Shown here: positions 24,108-53,752 of the stretch, piece by piece | How the letters are laid out: every line of letters starts with the position of its first letter | Position numbering within the stretch: the first letter of the stretch is position 1 | Assembly: GCA_039621445.1 (NCBI GenBank) | Contig: CP154954.1 | Coordinates: 34,445,737 to 34,509,736 of the forward strand | Direction of reading: 5' to 3' | Source of the DNA: Euglena gracilis | Taxonomy: Eukaryota | DNA: 64,000 nt | Position numbers and translations under genes: made by a program | The notes under the pieces: generated by a model | What the model was told of the DNA's origin: nothing | The model's database searches: none | Seen by the model: the letters and a program-made list of their open reading frames with translations, nothing else

Positions 24108-24687
24108 ACTGAAGAAAGAAGTGCAGGCGCTTGGGCGGGTGGATGACAGACAGTTCAGGCACCAAGCGGACTTCCGTCAAATGCATTTGTGCATCTCAAA
24201 ACATTTTTCATTAATTGTGGAATGCGCCATCAATGCAGCAGAGACAGGGACATGAGTAAAGGGCTTGTTTTTGGGCGGCGGCCCACTGTGCGGATCCAGA
24301 GTTCAGCCATCAAACCAATCATTGGGCCAGATTGGAACCAACCCAAAAATCCACCGACCCCGTCCCACTCTCTGACACTCTCTGGCGGCTCTGGGACCCA
24401 GGGGGTCCCAGAGCAGTGGATGCGAGTGGTTCAGGGGGCAAGCCCACTGGCCGTTCGACGCTATGAGTGAAACGTGACAGGTGGGCGCGGGCGGCGAAGG
24501 GGACCGAATAGTACAAGTGAGACACACACGGAAGGAGCAACAGTGCCGGCGTCCCGCCTCGAAAGCCACGATGGTGGACCCCACCCAAGAGCAGGGGGGA
24601 GGGCCTGCCTGTTTGGGTGATAAAACATTTGCGTCCAAAGTGTTTGGGGGTTCCATCCAGATCGGAGGCGGCCCACCGGGCAGGCCG

Positions 24688-40703
<16,016 letters not shown>

Positions 40704-41777
40704 TTCTCTAAACGGGCTATTGGGAAGAAGTACACAATGCCACACCTTGCTCCGTGGCGAAGGCAACGTTGCAAGGCTGACAGGAGTACGCCTGCATAGC
40801 TGAGGCGCTGGAAGCACAGGCAACCGCAATTCCGGGCTGGGCAGGCACACAGGGGCCCTGCGAACGGTGACAAGTCGATGAGGGGGTTCAGTTAACTGTA
40901 TTCCCGTCCCTCTGAAAATCCCCCCTTAATAGAAGTGTGGGGCTGCTACAAAGCGCACGGTCCAAATAAAAGCACACCCCCTGCCACCGAAGGCGGCGGT
41001 CCGCTACAAGCGCACCCCCATTTGCATATAAAATCAAATAAAAGCAAATTGCATATAAAATCTTTAGGAGCTCCCCCGGGATGTACAATTTTTTTCCACT
41101 GGAGAGGAATTAAAAAAATTTGGCTCTGCTGGGGATAATTTTTCATTCCAATAACACAAGCATTTTGTCGACCAAAAACGAAAAAAAATGACAAAAAATT
41201 GACTGGCTTTAAGAGAAAATCGGGGCCAAAACGAAGACTTTTTTCATTGTCAAAATTTTTCCCAAAAATCGCCAAAAAAAACACACACAAAAAGCGCAAA
41301 AAACCCGCAAATTTTGCCAAAATCAAAAAAACGCAAACAAAATGCAAAAAATTCGCATTTGTGTTTTCCCCCCTGCTTTGGAGGGACAACGCAGGAAGGG
41401 CTGAACTTCCAGGGAACTCGATAGGCCACGAACAGGGGGTCCACCGGCCAGCCATTTTGCTAGACACTGGAACAAAGCACTAGCAACAACCCCCAGTAGG
41501 GGGGTCCACGAAGATTTCCATTAACCAAACTTGGACAACCAGCAGTCCAGCCCCCCCCCCCCCCCGGGGGGGTGCTGCGAACCCTCAAACAACAGCCTGG
41601 CCACGACCGACAGCTGTACCCTACCTTACCACCGCCCCTTAAGGAGCCCGGCGTTTTTTCTGTGGCTCTGACGGACAACACAAAAAGGCCAAGTTCAGGG
41701 AATGCACTCGCGAGGTGGCACTGGGGTGTAGGGGGCAGCGGCACTGAACGGAGGTGGCCCCGGTGGCGCGCGGCGGG

Positions 41778-44700
41778 TCAGGCGGCGGGGCAGCTGATCA
41801 GCAGCTCCGGGGGGCAGGCCTCGCTGAAGCACCGGCGGTCCAGTGGGCCGGCAGCGGTGCGGGCAGGCCCGGGCCCGGACGCCTCACCCCGAACCGCCCT
41901 TTCCCTCGTCTGCCTGTCCGGCTGGATGCCCGGCTGCCAACCACACAACTGTTACCAACCCCCTGGGGGGTGGAGTGGGGTCATTTCCACTCTTCCAAAA
42001 ACCAGTCAGTCACCACCCCGGGGTGGGGGGGTCGGCCACTGGAATCCAAGGGAAAATGGACCACAAACGTTAAAAAAAAAAACCAAAATTTTCTCTGGCA
42101 CCTTCAGCGCCAGCGCTGGGTCGCTTGAGCGCTTGTTTGCAAACCTCCCTCTTTGGGGGGGGGGGGTCAGGCCATATTAAAAAAAAAACAGTCCGTCACT
42201 CGCTGGAAAAAAAAACACCGCGCACCCCAGGGGGTCGGCCAGCGACTAAGTGATGGTATGCTGCCAACTCGAACATGCTGCTCTTGCAAGGAAGCCACTG
42301 CGGGGCGTTGGCCCCATTGCAACGTTGATGGCCCCCTTGCCTGGGCACAGGTGCGGTGGTCCGGGGTGTACTCCCCCGGGGAGAAGTGCTGCGCCGCGCT
42401 GAGGACGTGCTGCACCAGCCGGCGCTGCCTGAGCACGGCACGGCGGGCCGGCCCAGAGGGGCACCGGTGGTCTGGTGCGAAAGGCATGCAGGCAGTCATG
42501 CTTCTTCTGAAAATGGTTCATGACACTCATGCCCGGGGGGGTGACTTGACTCATTCATGACTTATTTCTCTCTGTGGATGTTCTGATGCAGTGTCCGGAC
42601 AATTTGCCTGGACGGCATCATGCGCATGCCTGGGTTCGGGCCATCGCAGCGGGCACAGCGCACCGGAACGCTAGCGCCCGCCGGACGATGGAGTGCGACG
42701 CGTTGAAGTGCCGCCGCAGGAAGGCGAGGGGCACCACGTAGGAGGCGCCGTCCCGCCGCGCCGGCTCCCCCGAGGTGAACGACGGGGGGCGGCGGCCACC
42801 GCACACATGAGAGGGGGAACGGCCCGGTGGCCCCCACCGGCCATTTCGCTCAGCAATGAATCGAGACAAGCAGGTGGCCCCCCTCAAAAGACCGGCGCCA
42901 CCAATGTAAAACGCATCAATGTGAAAATTTTGGGCAGGCTGGAAAAAGTCTGCTGGCTGACCCACCACAGGGTCACCCGGCTGGAACTCGGCCCGGCCCG
43001 CGGTTGAACCAGGCACCAAAAAACGAAACTGCAAAAATGTCCAAAAAACTGCCAATTAAAAAAAATCGATACTTTGGCCCGAACTTGCCCTAGCCACCTT
43101 TTCCGACCCATTTTTGCCCATTCTCGGCCCATTTTTCGGTCAACATTTGCACCCCTGTTAGCCGATACCGTCCGGCCGCCCAAAAGGGCGGCTGGAAATA
43201 AATGCATAACTCGTTCAAATCCGTGGCTGGAAAAAGGCTGCTGGCTGACTGGACCCGCCTGGGGGGGGGGTCAAATCTTCTTGAGCAACCCCTGTACCCC
43301 GACCTCGACTGCCCACACCCCCTCCACAACGCCCCGCAATCAAGCTGGCGGTGGGATCCGCAGCGGGTTGGGGTCGACTGTCAGCGTGTTGTGCAGTGGG
43401 GATGTGGGAAGGGTGCTGGTGAGGGCGAAGCAGGACGGCCGCAACCACCTGTGATGGAGAACGGGGACAGCGGTGCGTGTGTGCAAAGATCGTTGTGATT
43501 GGCTACAGCAAAGCTTAAAACTGGTGATTCGACAAGGATTTCTGATGAGCAAGCTCAGCGACAAACATTTCTTTGTGTCTCTCACCCACCATCCAGCGGC
43601 ACCACACGACAAGACATGGGGGGAGTGGATACATCATTTCCCGGACGTAGGCGGCATGCTCGGCGTTGTGGGCCTCCATCGCGTTAAACTGCACCCGGTG
43701 CGTGTTGTGCAGCATGGCGTTGAGGGAGTTCATGATGTGCTGGGAGTAGTACCACGAGTAGCAGTCCCCCGTAGGCCGCGATGGACAGGGCCGTTGGCTG
43801 GTATCAAAATGGTGCAGTAGCCAAGCATTTTACCAGCCACTTGAAAAAAGCCACTGGCCAACCCCCCCCCCCCCGGGAGGGGTTCCGGGGTCCCCCAATG
43901 GGAAAAAATCCCCCAGCGCTGCGCGCCGAGGCGGAAACGAGGGTTTTAATGTGTTTGCATGATTCTGTTCCACAAGAATCCCAAAAATTGCCAAGAATGG
44001 GCATCTTCGGCAGGTTCTGGGGGTCCATAAATTTTTTTAGCGCTTTGTGCCGGTCACTGGAACAATTTTTCACAAGCCAGCCCCCCCGGGGGGGGGGGGC
44101 AGTTGGATTCCCTGGAAAACTTTGGAGCAACCCCTCCCCCAAATGTGAGCAACCGGTTGCTTATATTTGGGTTTACGAGATCAGCTCCAGGGGTTGCTTT
44201 CATTTGGGGGTTGCATAGATTTAAAATTTGCTGATCTGTGCCGTCTTTTTTTTTGGCTGTTTTGATTTAAACCACCTTCATATCATCCGGGCAGGGGTTG
44301 CTGATATTTGGGGTTGCTTATATTTGGGTGTCGGTCGAAAATCGGCCAAAGAGTTGCTTAAATTTGGAGGTTTCTGGTAGCAGGGGGTTGCTTGTATTCG
44401 GGGGGGGGGTGCAGTCAAGCCCCCCCCCCCCAGGGGTACTACTAACCCCAAGCAGAATCCTGGTCTGGAAAGGGGCTCATTTGACTGCCTTTCTGAGATT
44501 TTCGGAGAGAGACTCGGGCAAGTTGACGGCAGGACGACGATGTGGGTCGGGGGATGGGATGGCAGCAAGGATACAATTCAGCCGGGCAAGCCCTCCCTTT
44601 GCTGCCCGTCTCCGATCGCAGCCTGGGCCAGGTCGCCGATGTACGGCAGGCCAAAGGAGAGTGTTTCCCGGTGGTGGGCTGCGTGGGGGCGATGGGAAGG

Positions 44701-46751
44701 GAAGCTCAATGATAATGTGGGTGGGGGGCATCTCCTCGAAGACCACTTGAAAACCTGAATGGCAGCTTTAATCGCAGAGACAAGTTGTTTCATTGCCATG
44801 GATGAAACATTGAGGAAAAGGAGAAGGGGCATTGCAGGGCTCGATACAAGGGCAGGTGGGGAGTCCAGACCCCCCACCCGTGCCAACCCCAAGGGGGACA
44901 CTCCCACCTAAACACAGCGCGGCCGAAGAGGGCCATTTGGCCTGGTGGGAAGCTGAGGGCCAAAAATTTTTGCCTCCCAAAATCGACCCAAAATGCCATT
45001 TTGGGCACTTTTGGGGGGCAAAAACTTGACAAATTTTGCCCAACGATTTCAGCACAAACTCATGGAAAGAAATTTTCGACCTGTTTGGGGGAGGTCCTGG
45101 GGCTGGAACCTCCTTGGGAGGTATGGGGGGTCAAGGAGGGAGGGGAGCTCCACCTCGAACTGTGACACCCTCTTGACATCGAACCCTGGGCAGCGTGCTT
45201 TTCAGCAGAGAAATCCACTGTAAACACATGCCAATACAGACACACCAGAGAACAGCGCGTCGTTGTTATGATGGATGGAGACTGTGGTGCGGTCTGCAAG
45301 GGTCCAGCGAAATGCCACAGGCGAAGGAGGGCCCTGTCAGCTCTGCTCCCTCATACAAAAATGTTCCAGGAAAAGATCAGGGTCCAGTTGCTTTGTGGCC
45401 TGTCCACTCTCCAATGCCCCCACCCCCAATGCCACACCAGAAGTGACGCCAACCAAGTACCAACCTTGGCTGACCGCAGGTGCACACAAGCTCATACAAC
45501 ATACAAAAATAGATACATGCCATTCTGCATCAGACAAGAAGCTTCCGCACAGCCTTTGCGGTGGATGCACAGAGGAGGCTCCAGCAGGCCCTGCGGAAGC
45601 TCCATTACCCACCCTGTTGTGCGGAGGCTGCAGGTCCCCAGGCTCAATGGAGGTTTTGCGGAGCCTCAGTATTCATCACAGGATGATAATAATAAAAATA
45701 TGTATTTCACTCTACTTGTGAAAAATCACCCCCTGTGGGTTTTGCCAGATGACCCAAACAGTCAATCAACTTGTGGGGATCCTCATAACTTGCGGATTCC
45801 CCCCATATTTTTAGTCGAATTGGGCGACCCTTTGGGCTTGCTGAGTACGCTGCACAGGCGTAACAGACGGCCATGGGGGAAGGGCTCAATGAAACCCGAA
45901 CCAAATACCGTTCAATACCCAAAAATACTCCCCGTTGGGAAATCACAAAAAAAACGCATAGGTTCTGAACAAAATTTGAGGCCTGGAGGAAGTTCATGAG
46001 ACTGCACGGAGGCTCCAAATGTCCATGGAGGCTCCACGGGCGAAATGTCCAGCTACCAAATTTGCTGGGGCCAACAGAGGCTGCCCTTGGGTGGCGCTCC
46101 TTCGGGCACCGTCCCCACTGCGGGCTCCCAGTCGGTAAGAAACATCTCGAACCGCTCGTACACGTCGTCCGGGAGGTCGGCCCCAGCACAGATCTCCCCA
46201 ACCCCCAAGCGGTCCGAGGGAGAGTGCTGATCACCCCAAAAATGGCCGGGTGCCCATCCGCCAAATGTTTTTTGGCACGCCAAAGAACGGGGAAAGTGCG
46301 ATTGACACGGGGTGTGTGAAACGGACACGCTGTGTCGTGCGCACTAAACGCCCATAAAACATTTTGGGGTCGGGAAAAATGCGGTTGACACAGGTGTGTC
46401 ATGGACAAGGCGTGTCAAGGACAAGGGGGGGGGGAGGCAGCTGGGCAGGATTTGACATAAACCCTTCCAAAATCCGGGGGGGGGGGCAGGGTTTAACATA
46501 AAGTGGCGGCATTTTGTGGGGGCGTGTCCCCGGAACCAGCATCTCCAGCGACAAGCCCCCAAAAAACCTGACAGGCGGGGGACGGGCGGGGCTGGGTGGA
46601 GCGGTACCACAGCTCCCGGTCCTGGCGCAGGTTGATGATGACGTCGTAGTCCATGAAGACGTAGTAGAGGTAGCCCCCCTGCGGCATCCGCACCGACCGC
46701 CGCATGGCCTCGTCCAACAGCCGGTTCCGGCCCTGCACCAAATGGGAAAGG

Positions 46752-46824
<73 letters not shown>

Positions 46825-48827
46825 ACACACACACACGGGTGCATGCACACAGAAACCGATTCCCACCCTACCTAGCCTCGGGTCTTTTGGGGTGGGGGTT
46901 GCTGCAAACCTCCAGGGCGGTCGTTTGGGGGGTCACAGGTGAAATGATTCTGTTGAGCAGTAATGCTGAAACAGACCCAGATGCTCTGCTGCATCCCCAG
47001 AGCAGCAAACACTGCCCCCCCCCCCCAAGGTCAGGGAAGGTGCAGGACTCCCCCTTGGATTACCACAATCCCCAAACAGGGGCCACGCCTGCGTCCAGGT
47101 GGACTTCGGCAGGTAGATGTCCCCGGACCGGTCGGCGTACGTCAGCCAAATGATGTCGCGCTGAGGGCTGGGGGAGATCGGGGGGTGCATGGGCTGCACC
47201 TTGGGGCCCTGGATCAGGTAGACGAACTTCTTGGGCGGCTCGTCTGGGGAGAGAAAGAGCCTTCCGCCTCTTTCACAGCACGCATGCCTCATCCTGTGGA
47301 ATCCTGGAAACCTTCATTTGTCAAAATGGTTTGGCGGTCTGAAAGAGCTGTCCATCTTTGTCTTGATGCTTAAACTTTCCAATAATTTAGCAGAACACTT
47401 ATTCCTCAATACCCTGGGGATGCGGGCGGGCCTTTGTCCGTGTTGATTGAACGGTCCATTGTGGTTTGAAAAAAACACGGGGTGAAAAAAGAGGGAATGC
47501 TTAATAAGAGAATCACAAAAAAATCCAAACCTGGCTTCTTCTTCTTAAAATTTTGGTCACCTCCTCCAATGGCAAGCCCGCTAGAGCCCCCTTCCGGAAT
47601 GAGGGATTGGCTTTTTGTCCTGGCTGGGGCCGACCCAGCTGAAACGGTCATTTTTTTTCGGGCCCCCAGTGCCGTCGGCGCTGGGAGGGAGGTGCTGTGC
47701 ATCAAGTGCAGAGGGTAATGCCGGGGCACTGCCCACCAAGACCTGACCCTGGGAGCCCCCCCCCCCGCCTGCCTGCCTTGCCCCCCTTCCTGGAAAAAAA
47801 ATCTGGTTCATCGCTCCTTCTCATTCGGGCATTTTTTTCAGGAGCGATAAAATCCAATGTGCAATCAAATAGAATTCCTTTGCTTGTGATTGCCCCCCTC
47901 TACCTACTACTCTTTTCCTCAAATATTCCTCACGATGGCGACAATTTGTGCAGAATGGAAGGCCAAGTTACTGCAACCGTTTCTGTTGGTTCGATTTCTG
48001 ACTTGGGGAACCGGGGAGAGGAAGGAGCAAACCAGGTTCTTCCATCCAGCGCGATGTGTTAAATGAACCCTGTGGTAGTAGCCAGAGGCAAGGGCATGTT
48101 TCAGCTGAGAAGGAGGAGCGTTCACACACACAGACACAACACAACACAACACAACACAACACAACACAACACAACACAACACACACACACACACACATAT
48201 GCACACACACTGCACCCAAACATACCACATGTGTGTGTGCACATACTCATGACACGGAGAGGGCTACCGTACCCAGGGGTACCCACATTTGGGGTCCCAG
48301 AGCACCCATCCAGACTCCTTCAAAATTTGCAGGCTTTATGGCATCCGCATGTTTTTCACACCCGTAGACACTAATCCGGCCGACGCACTCGAATACCTAT
48401 CCCGGGGAACATAATGGGAACCCACAACCGGTTTCCAGCTTAAGGGACAAATGACCGCTTCTTACAGGACCAGGTGACCATACGCATTGGGGGTTGCATG
48501 CACGAATTTGAACCGGTGAAGCACCCCCTTGGCACGGGCGGGGCAGCAGCTGCCGGTCGAACCGACACGGCTGCTGCCCGCCGTACAGGACGCAGCGGCG
48601 CAGGCCCGGGTCCGACGGGGCGAAGGAGAGGGGCAGCTCCGGGTCGTTGAAGGGATGAGCCCCGAGGCCCCTCTCTCTCCCACGACGCCCACCACACCCG
48701 GGGGGGGGGGATGGCAAAATGCTGTCGTGGTCTCCCATGCTCCTGCCAAAACGTGAAAGAGTGTGAGCAAAAGAATGGTTTGCGGCAGGACTGGCCCACG
48801 CACGGCACATTGGGACACGTCCAACCT

Positions 48828-48866
<39 letters not shown>

Positions 48867-51800
48867 CGGGCATGACTAACAGGAACAACAGCATCACACA
48901 GAGGCAGGTGCACACAAGAGAAGAAAACACAACAACCAGAGGGCCCCCGGCACATTGGTACAGTACTGGCAGGGCCGGCGCGCAGTCCCCGGCTGGTCCG
49001 CAGGTCTGGTTCCAGTGACCCGCCACGTCAAACACGCCGACCGTGTCCGCCTGGCCCCACTTCAGGGCGAAGTACGGCCGCCCCCCTTGCTGCCGCGCCG
49101 CGTGCTGCCGCGCAGCTGAGGAGAGGAAGGGGGTGCCCGGGGACAAAGAAAGCAAACTGGTGGTGGTGGTTGGAGTCCGCCCTGGACGCCGCCTCTTTCG
49201 GGCAGTCAACCCGCCTTGAAATGTTTCCAGCAGGGTTTGAGGGAGGAGTGCCACTGTTCAGCCGATGCCATGGCCCTCCCATTCCATTATCGGTGGTCAG
49301 CTCCTGATCAAAGAAAAGCACGGCCAGAGCTCATTTATTTCTCCCTCCTTGTTTGGCCTGGAAAGGGCTGAGGCACCCTTGCCGTCGACACTGCACGGCC
49401 GCTTCGCCCACCCCTCATGCGCGGAAACTCCTTCTTTGGTCACCAATGGCTTCGTTCCGCTTCAGATGTGTCGTGCAAACCTGTGCTCTTCGAAAGCCAA
49501 GCAAGCTATACGAAAGCCCATCAGCCTGGCATTTGTGGGGCCATTGGGGGGTGTGGGCAGGGGAACAGATTCTTGAGCAACCTTCCAATGACGCCGCCTC
49601 ACGCAGCCCCGCTGGGGGGGGGGGGACACACCGGGGGTGGCCAACGACCAGCTGGGGCCCTCCTCGTCGGGGAGGAGCCGGACGGCGGGGACCGTCCGCA
49701 GCCACAGCCCAGCGCGGCTGAGGCGCACCAAGTAGTCCGCCCCAGGCCGCGGGCGACCTTCTGGGGGGGCCGGGGCGGGGGGCGCTGTGCTCATGGCCCG
49801 GGGAAGGTTGGGGGGGGGGGGCAGGGGGCAAACACGGTCTGGCCAGGGCCCTCCTGGGATGCCGGGTAGAAGTTGGGGTCGAACCGGCCAACCCGGGCCA
49901 CCGCGGGCTGCAGCAGGGCGAAGCAGCGCGGCGGCGAGCAGTCCTTTGGGAACGGGCGGCGTTCCCGTGTCTCACTGGGCCGAGGCGTGCGTGTCAGGGA
50001 ACAAAGAGTCGGAGGGCACAAAGACAAACAAAAAAGCAACAAAGACTGCACTGTAACACATTTGGGGGGCGAACCTGGCCGTGCAGGCAGCTTTTGTGCT
50101 CATCAGGCTTTGCTCAAAGACCCCAGGGGTCCACTAGGTAGTCATTTCACTGGCCACAAGGAAAAAGCCACTAGCTAGACCCCCCCCTCCTCCCTGGGGG
50201 GTCTCAGGGTCCCCCCAACTGGGAAAAAAACTCCGACGCACTGTGCGGCGAGGTGGAAATGGAGGTGTCAAAATGCTTTTTGTTTGGCTGATTCTGTTCC
50301 AGAGAATCAAAAAAAAATCAAAATGGGCGATTGGGGCACGTCTTGGGGGTGAAAATTTTTTTCAGCGCTCTGCGATCACTGGGGAAAAAACTCCATTATC
50401 TTGCCCTACTAGCAGCCCCCTCCCCTGGCAAACTTGGACCACTAATTTCCACTCGCAAATTTCGACTAACGGCAATGGCGGGTGCTCATCCCAGTATTCG
50501 CTCATTCACTTTGGAGGAAAGGGAAAAATGCACCCCCTCAAAAAATTTCCCCTGTGGAAAAAATCTGGGTGTGGAGGCTTGCTGTAAGTTAGCCCTGGAG
50601 GACCAAATGATGTGTAGGCAGGGTTCGATATAAGGACAGGTGGGGGGGGGTCCGGACACCCCCCCCCCCTGCGGGCCAGGAGGGGGGGGGTGGGGGGGGA
50701 CACCCCCCCCACCTAAACAGTGGCGCGGTCTGGGTGACCGATTTTCGGCCCGGCGCAAAGCGCCGGGCCAAAAATTTGACATCCAGCGAAATCAAAGCGC
50801 AAGCAGCACATAATGTTTTTTCAGCAGGTCAATGGCAGAAAGTACCAAAAACTCCGGCGCGAAGCGCCGGAGGAAAAAAATTGACCTTTTTGGGGGGGTC
50901 CCGGGTACCCCCCCCCAGGGTCGGTCCGGACCCCGCAGGTGGGGGGGTCAGACCCCCCCCCTCCGGGCCAGGAGGGGGGGGGGGGTGGGGGGGACACCCC
51001 CCCACCTAAACCATGTACGCCCTCCTTATATCGAACCCTGTGTGTAGGTGGATTACACCAACTGTACAAAAATTGAAAAGAAGAAATGTGTTGAAAGAGG
51101 AATGGGGAAAAGACTGCTCGGTCCATAACCCGATTGTGTGCAGCGTTCCGCAGACATACAGTTGCCTGACAGAATTCCTGATTGAGTTCAGACCACAGGC
51201 AACTGCTACATGAACCAAAATTCCAAAGCGGTTTTGCGATGGCACCCGTGCGTCAGGGGGAAAGCCAATGACTGTGGCGAGGAGAAAGCGTGAATTCATT
51301 CAGCCTGCTTCGTGTGGATGTGACGTTGGGGAGGGCATGCTGGGAGACACCGGTCGTTTTTGTTTGAACGCATTCCACCAACCAACTGCCACACACAAAT
51401 GGAGCCCAATGCGCGGGCGGCCTTAAGGTGTGTCGGCCAGAATTTGGTGCGTTCTCCCGTGTGCTGCCACTTTGGCCCGCCGACCAGGCAATGGCGTGGC
51501 CGGGGGCCAGGAGGACTGCCGGGCTGCGGCCCTGGGCCACCAGCTGCTGTTGCTCCCACACCGCGGCGAGGAACTGGGCGAACCCCCCTGTTGCGAGGCA
51601 TCGTTGGACAGGGCGTCGCTTGGCAACGCGGGGGTCCAGCTCAAAGGCTGGACAATTTGGGCTGGCTGGAAAAAGGCTGCTGGCTGATCCCCCCCACAGG
51701 GGCCCCCCAGCTGGAACTGAGTCCCAGTTAGGGTCGAACCGGGTGGCAAAAAAAAAAGCGAAACTTCAAAAACTTCAAAAAAATCTGCCAGTTATGCAAA

Positions 51801-53062
51801 AAAAAATCAGTTTTTTTTTGAAATTTGCCCTGGGCAGCCCAAAATCCGACCCAATTTCGCCCATCTTTGGCCCATCTTTGCACCCCCAGAAAACCAAAAA
51901 TCTGTTACGGTCTGGCCGCCCTTCCTGCAACTGGACAATAATTGAAACTCGTGGACGTTGGGAAGAGGGGTCCGGGGCTGGAAAAAAGCTGCTGGCTGAG
52001 TGGACCCCTCTTCCCCATTTTATGGCCCCACAACGACGCCCTGGGGTGGGCGTCGTTGTGGGGCCATACAGTCCGGTTGTCAAACAGATGACGTTTCTCG
52101 TTTTGGGGGGGGGGTCCAGGTTGTATGGGAAGGCCTCATTTAAAGGGGGGGTCGATCCCCCCATGGCAGTTCGCAACAAGGAAGAATTTGATCTAAAAAT
52201 TGGCGCCATGGGAATACGGGAAGGGATGGGAGTGGGGGGGGGGGGGTTGGACCTCCCCCACCAGGATGGCCCATCACACCCCCACATCCCCTCCACACCC
52301 AGCACCCCAGGGTTTCGGGTAGTCCCATGCAGCCCGGCTGTTCCAACAATTTACAAACATTTTTGCTTTTGAAGCAAGAACCCAGTCACTAAAACCTTGA
52401 GAAAGATACAGTTACGGACCGTCAAAAAAAAGACGCAAAAGCACAAATAAAAGCATACCCCGATTTTGTGCATTCTGGCTGTGTTAAAGCCACAAATTCT
52501 TTTAAACCAACCAAAGATTTTTGAAAATTTTGAGAAAAATACAAAAAAAAATGCAATTTGATAGCCAAATAATAAAATAATAGAAAAAACAAAAAAAATG
52601 GTAATTAGTTCTTTTTTCGCAAACCATTTTTTTAAAAAAAACTTTCAGTTCTTTCTGGGGGAAACAAGAAAGGTCATCTGACAGAAGAAGCAAACAGCAA
52701 CTGTGTTCCCGATCAACACCTGTCAACCAAATTTTATCTTCCAAATGCTCGTCAGAATGAGGCCAAGAACACCAAAGACACGAGGGCAAAATATTCGTGT
52801 TGTACAGTGTTCATTGGTCGAACTGGGGCACGATGAAAAAAAGGGTCCGCTGGTGACTCAGAATGCAGTAGGTCGGAGCACCTGGAGGAAACACTACACT
52901 TTCGTCGAACAGCAGCCACGCCGAGGCGGACGGGTCATATGAGATGGCAGAGTTCCACAGCTCTGCAGGTCCTGCCGAGGCTGCGATCGTTCCCGGAGGC
53001 AAAGCGACCTGCACCATCGACGGTGGATTGTGACAAAAGAAGCGCAAGGGAGGGAATCCCAT
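41778..53062 (-). CDS. Gene C: uncharacterised protein with a GT-A-like (DxD) glycosyltransferase-type region; 5' end uncertain
   Basis: Exons 47243-47089, 46732-46598 and 46193-~46110 splice to KFVYLIQG..DIIWLTYADRSGDIYLPKSTWTQ|GRNRLLDEAMRR..GGYLYYVFMDYDV..S|ICAGADLPDDVYERFEMFLTDWEPAVG. Later exons give QRVAQFD, HHRETLSFGLPYIG, CYSWYYSQHIMNSLN and a final ..ELLISCPAA* (stop 41778). Further exon-like segments lie at 48540-48670, 48940-49110, 49680-49950, 51470-51560 and 52900-53060. Confidence 0.65.
44835..45188. mobile_element. Diverged MITE family 1 copy
   Basis: Ends CAGGGCTCGATACAAG and CTTGACATCGAACCCTG; the TSD is not recognisable. Other relics occur near 545-857 and 2640-2760. Confidence 0.7.
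46194..46597 (-). other. Nonconventional intron
   Basis: 5' accCAGCCCC and 3' GGGGTTGgggag. Removal gives WYRS|ICAG in frame. Confidence 0.6.
50619..51040. mobile_element. hAT-like MITE (family 1)
   Basis: Same 17-bp TIR and similar interior as 14938-15368, with a perfect 8-bp TSD TGTGTAGG. Confidence 0.92.
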
Positions 53063-53575
53063 GAAATGTTGAACTTTGAGAATGAAAAATTCAGGAGGAT
53101 GCCATTATCCAAGAAACCAGAAAAAAAGGCTAACTCCCTTTCAAAATTTTTTTTGTTTATTTACATATTTTTCTTGCTTTGTCTGGCGTCCTTTGCGTCA
53201 ATTGCCAAAAAAAAACGAACGATCGCATGTGGCACCACAAACTGCAAATGGTGGAATTTAAATCCAGGCTGTGCACAGGTGGGTTGCTTGCTCGCTGAGG
53301 GTAACTGCGTGGCTGACAAAAACTGTCAAAGGTGTTCGCTCACAGAAAAAAAAAGATTTTCCAGTTTTCAACCACAGTGATGTGAACCCCATTAAAATTC
53401 TGATTTATAAATGGCAGTTTTGAAATTGTGGGCTCTCAAATTGTGGTTAACTTTTTTTTCACGCATTATCATCCCCATCCATCCTAATAAAAACCCAAAT
53501 CCGCACGTGCTGTGGAGGTGAAAATGGAGAAACTCGGCATGTTCCAGGGTCATTGAATGGGATCCCTGACCTCCG

Positions 53576-53704
53576 TCCCCCCCGGTTTTACGTGTGCCCC
53601 GGGGGACCAGAAATCGAAGGCCAAATGTGTTTATATATATATAAACACATTTGGTAGCCTTAGATTTCTGGTCCCCCGGGGGGCACACGTAAAACCGGGG
53701 GGGG

Positions 53705-53705
<1 letters not shown>
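53576..53705. repeat. Near-perfect palindrome centred on (TA)n
   Basis: CCCGGTTTTACGTGTGCCCC..AAATGTGTTTATATATATATAAACACATTT..GGGGCACACGTAAAACCGGG. Confidence 0.85.
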
Positions 53706-53752
<47 letters not shown>

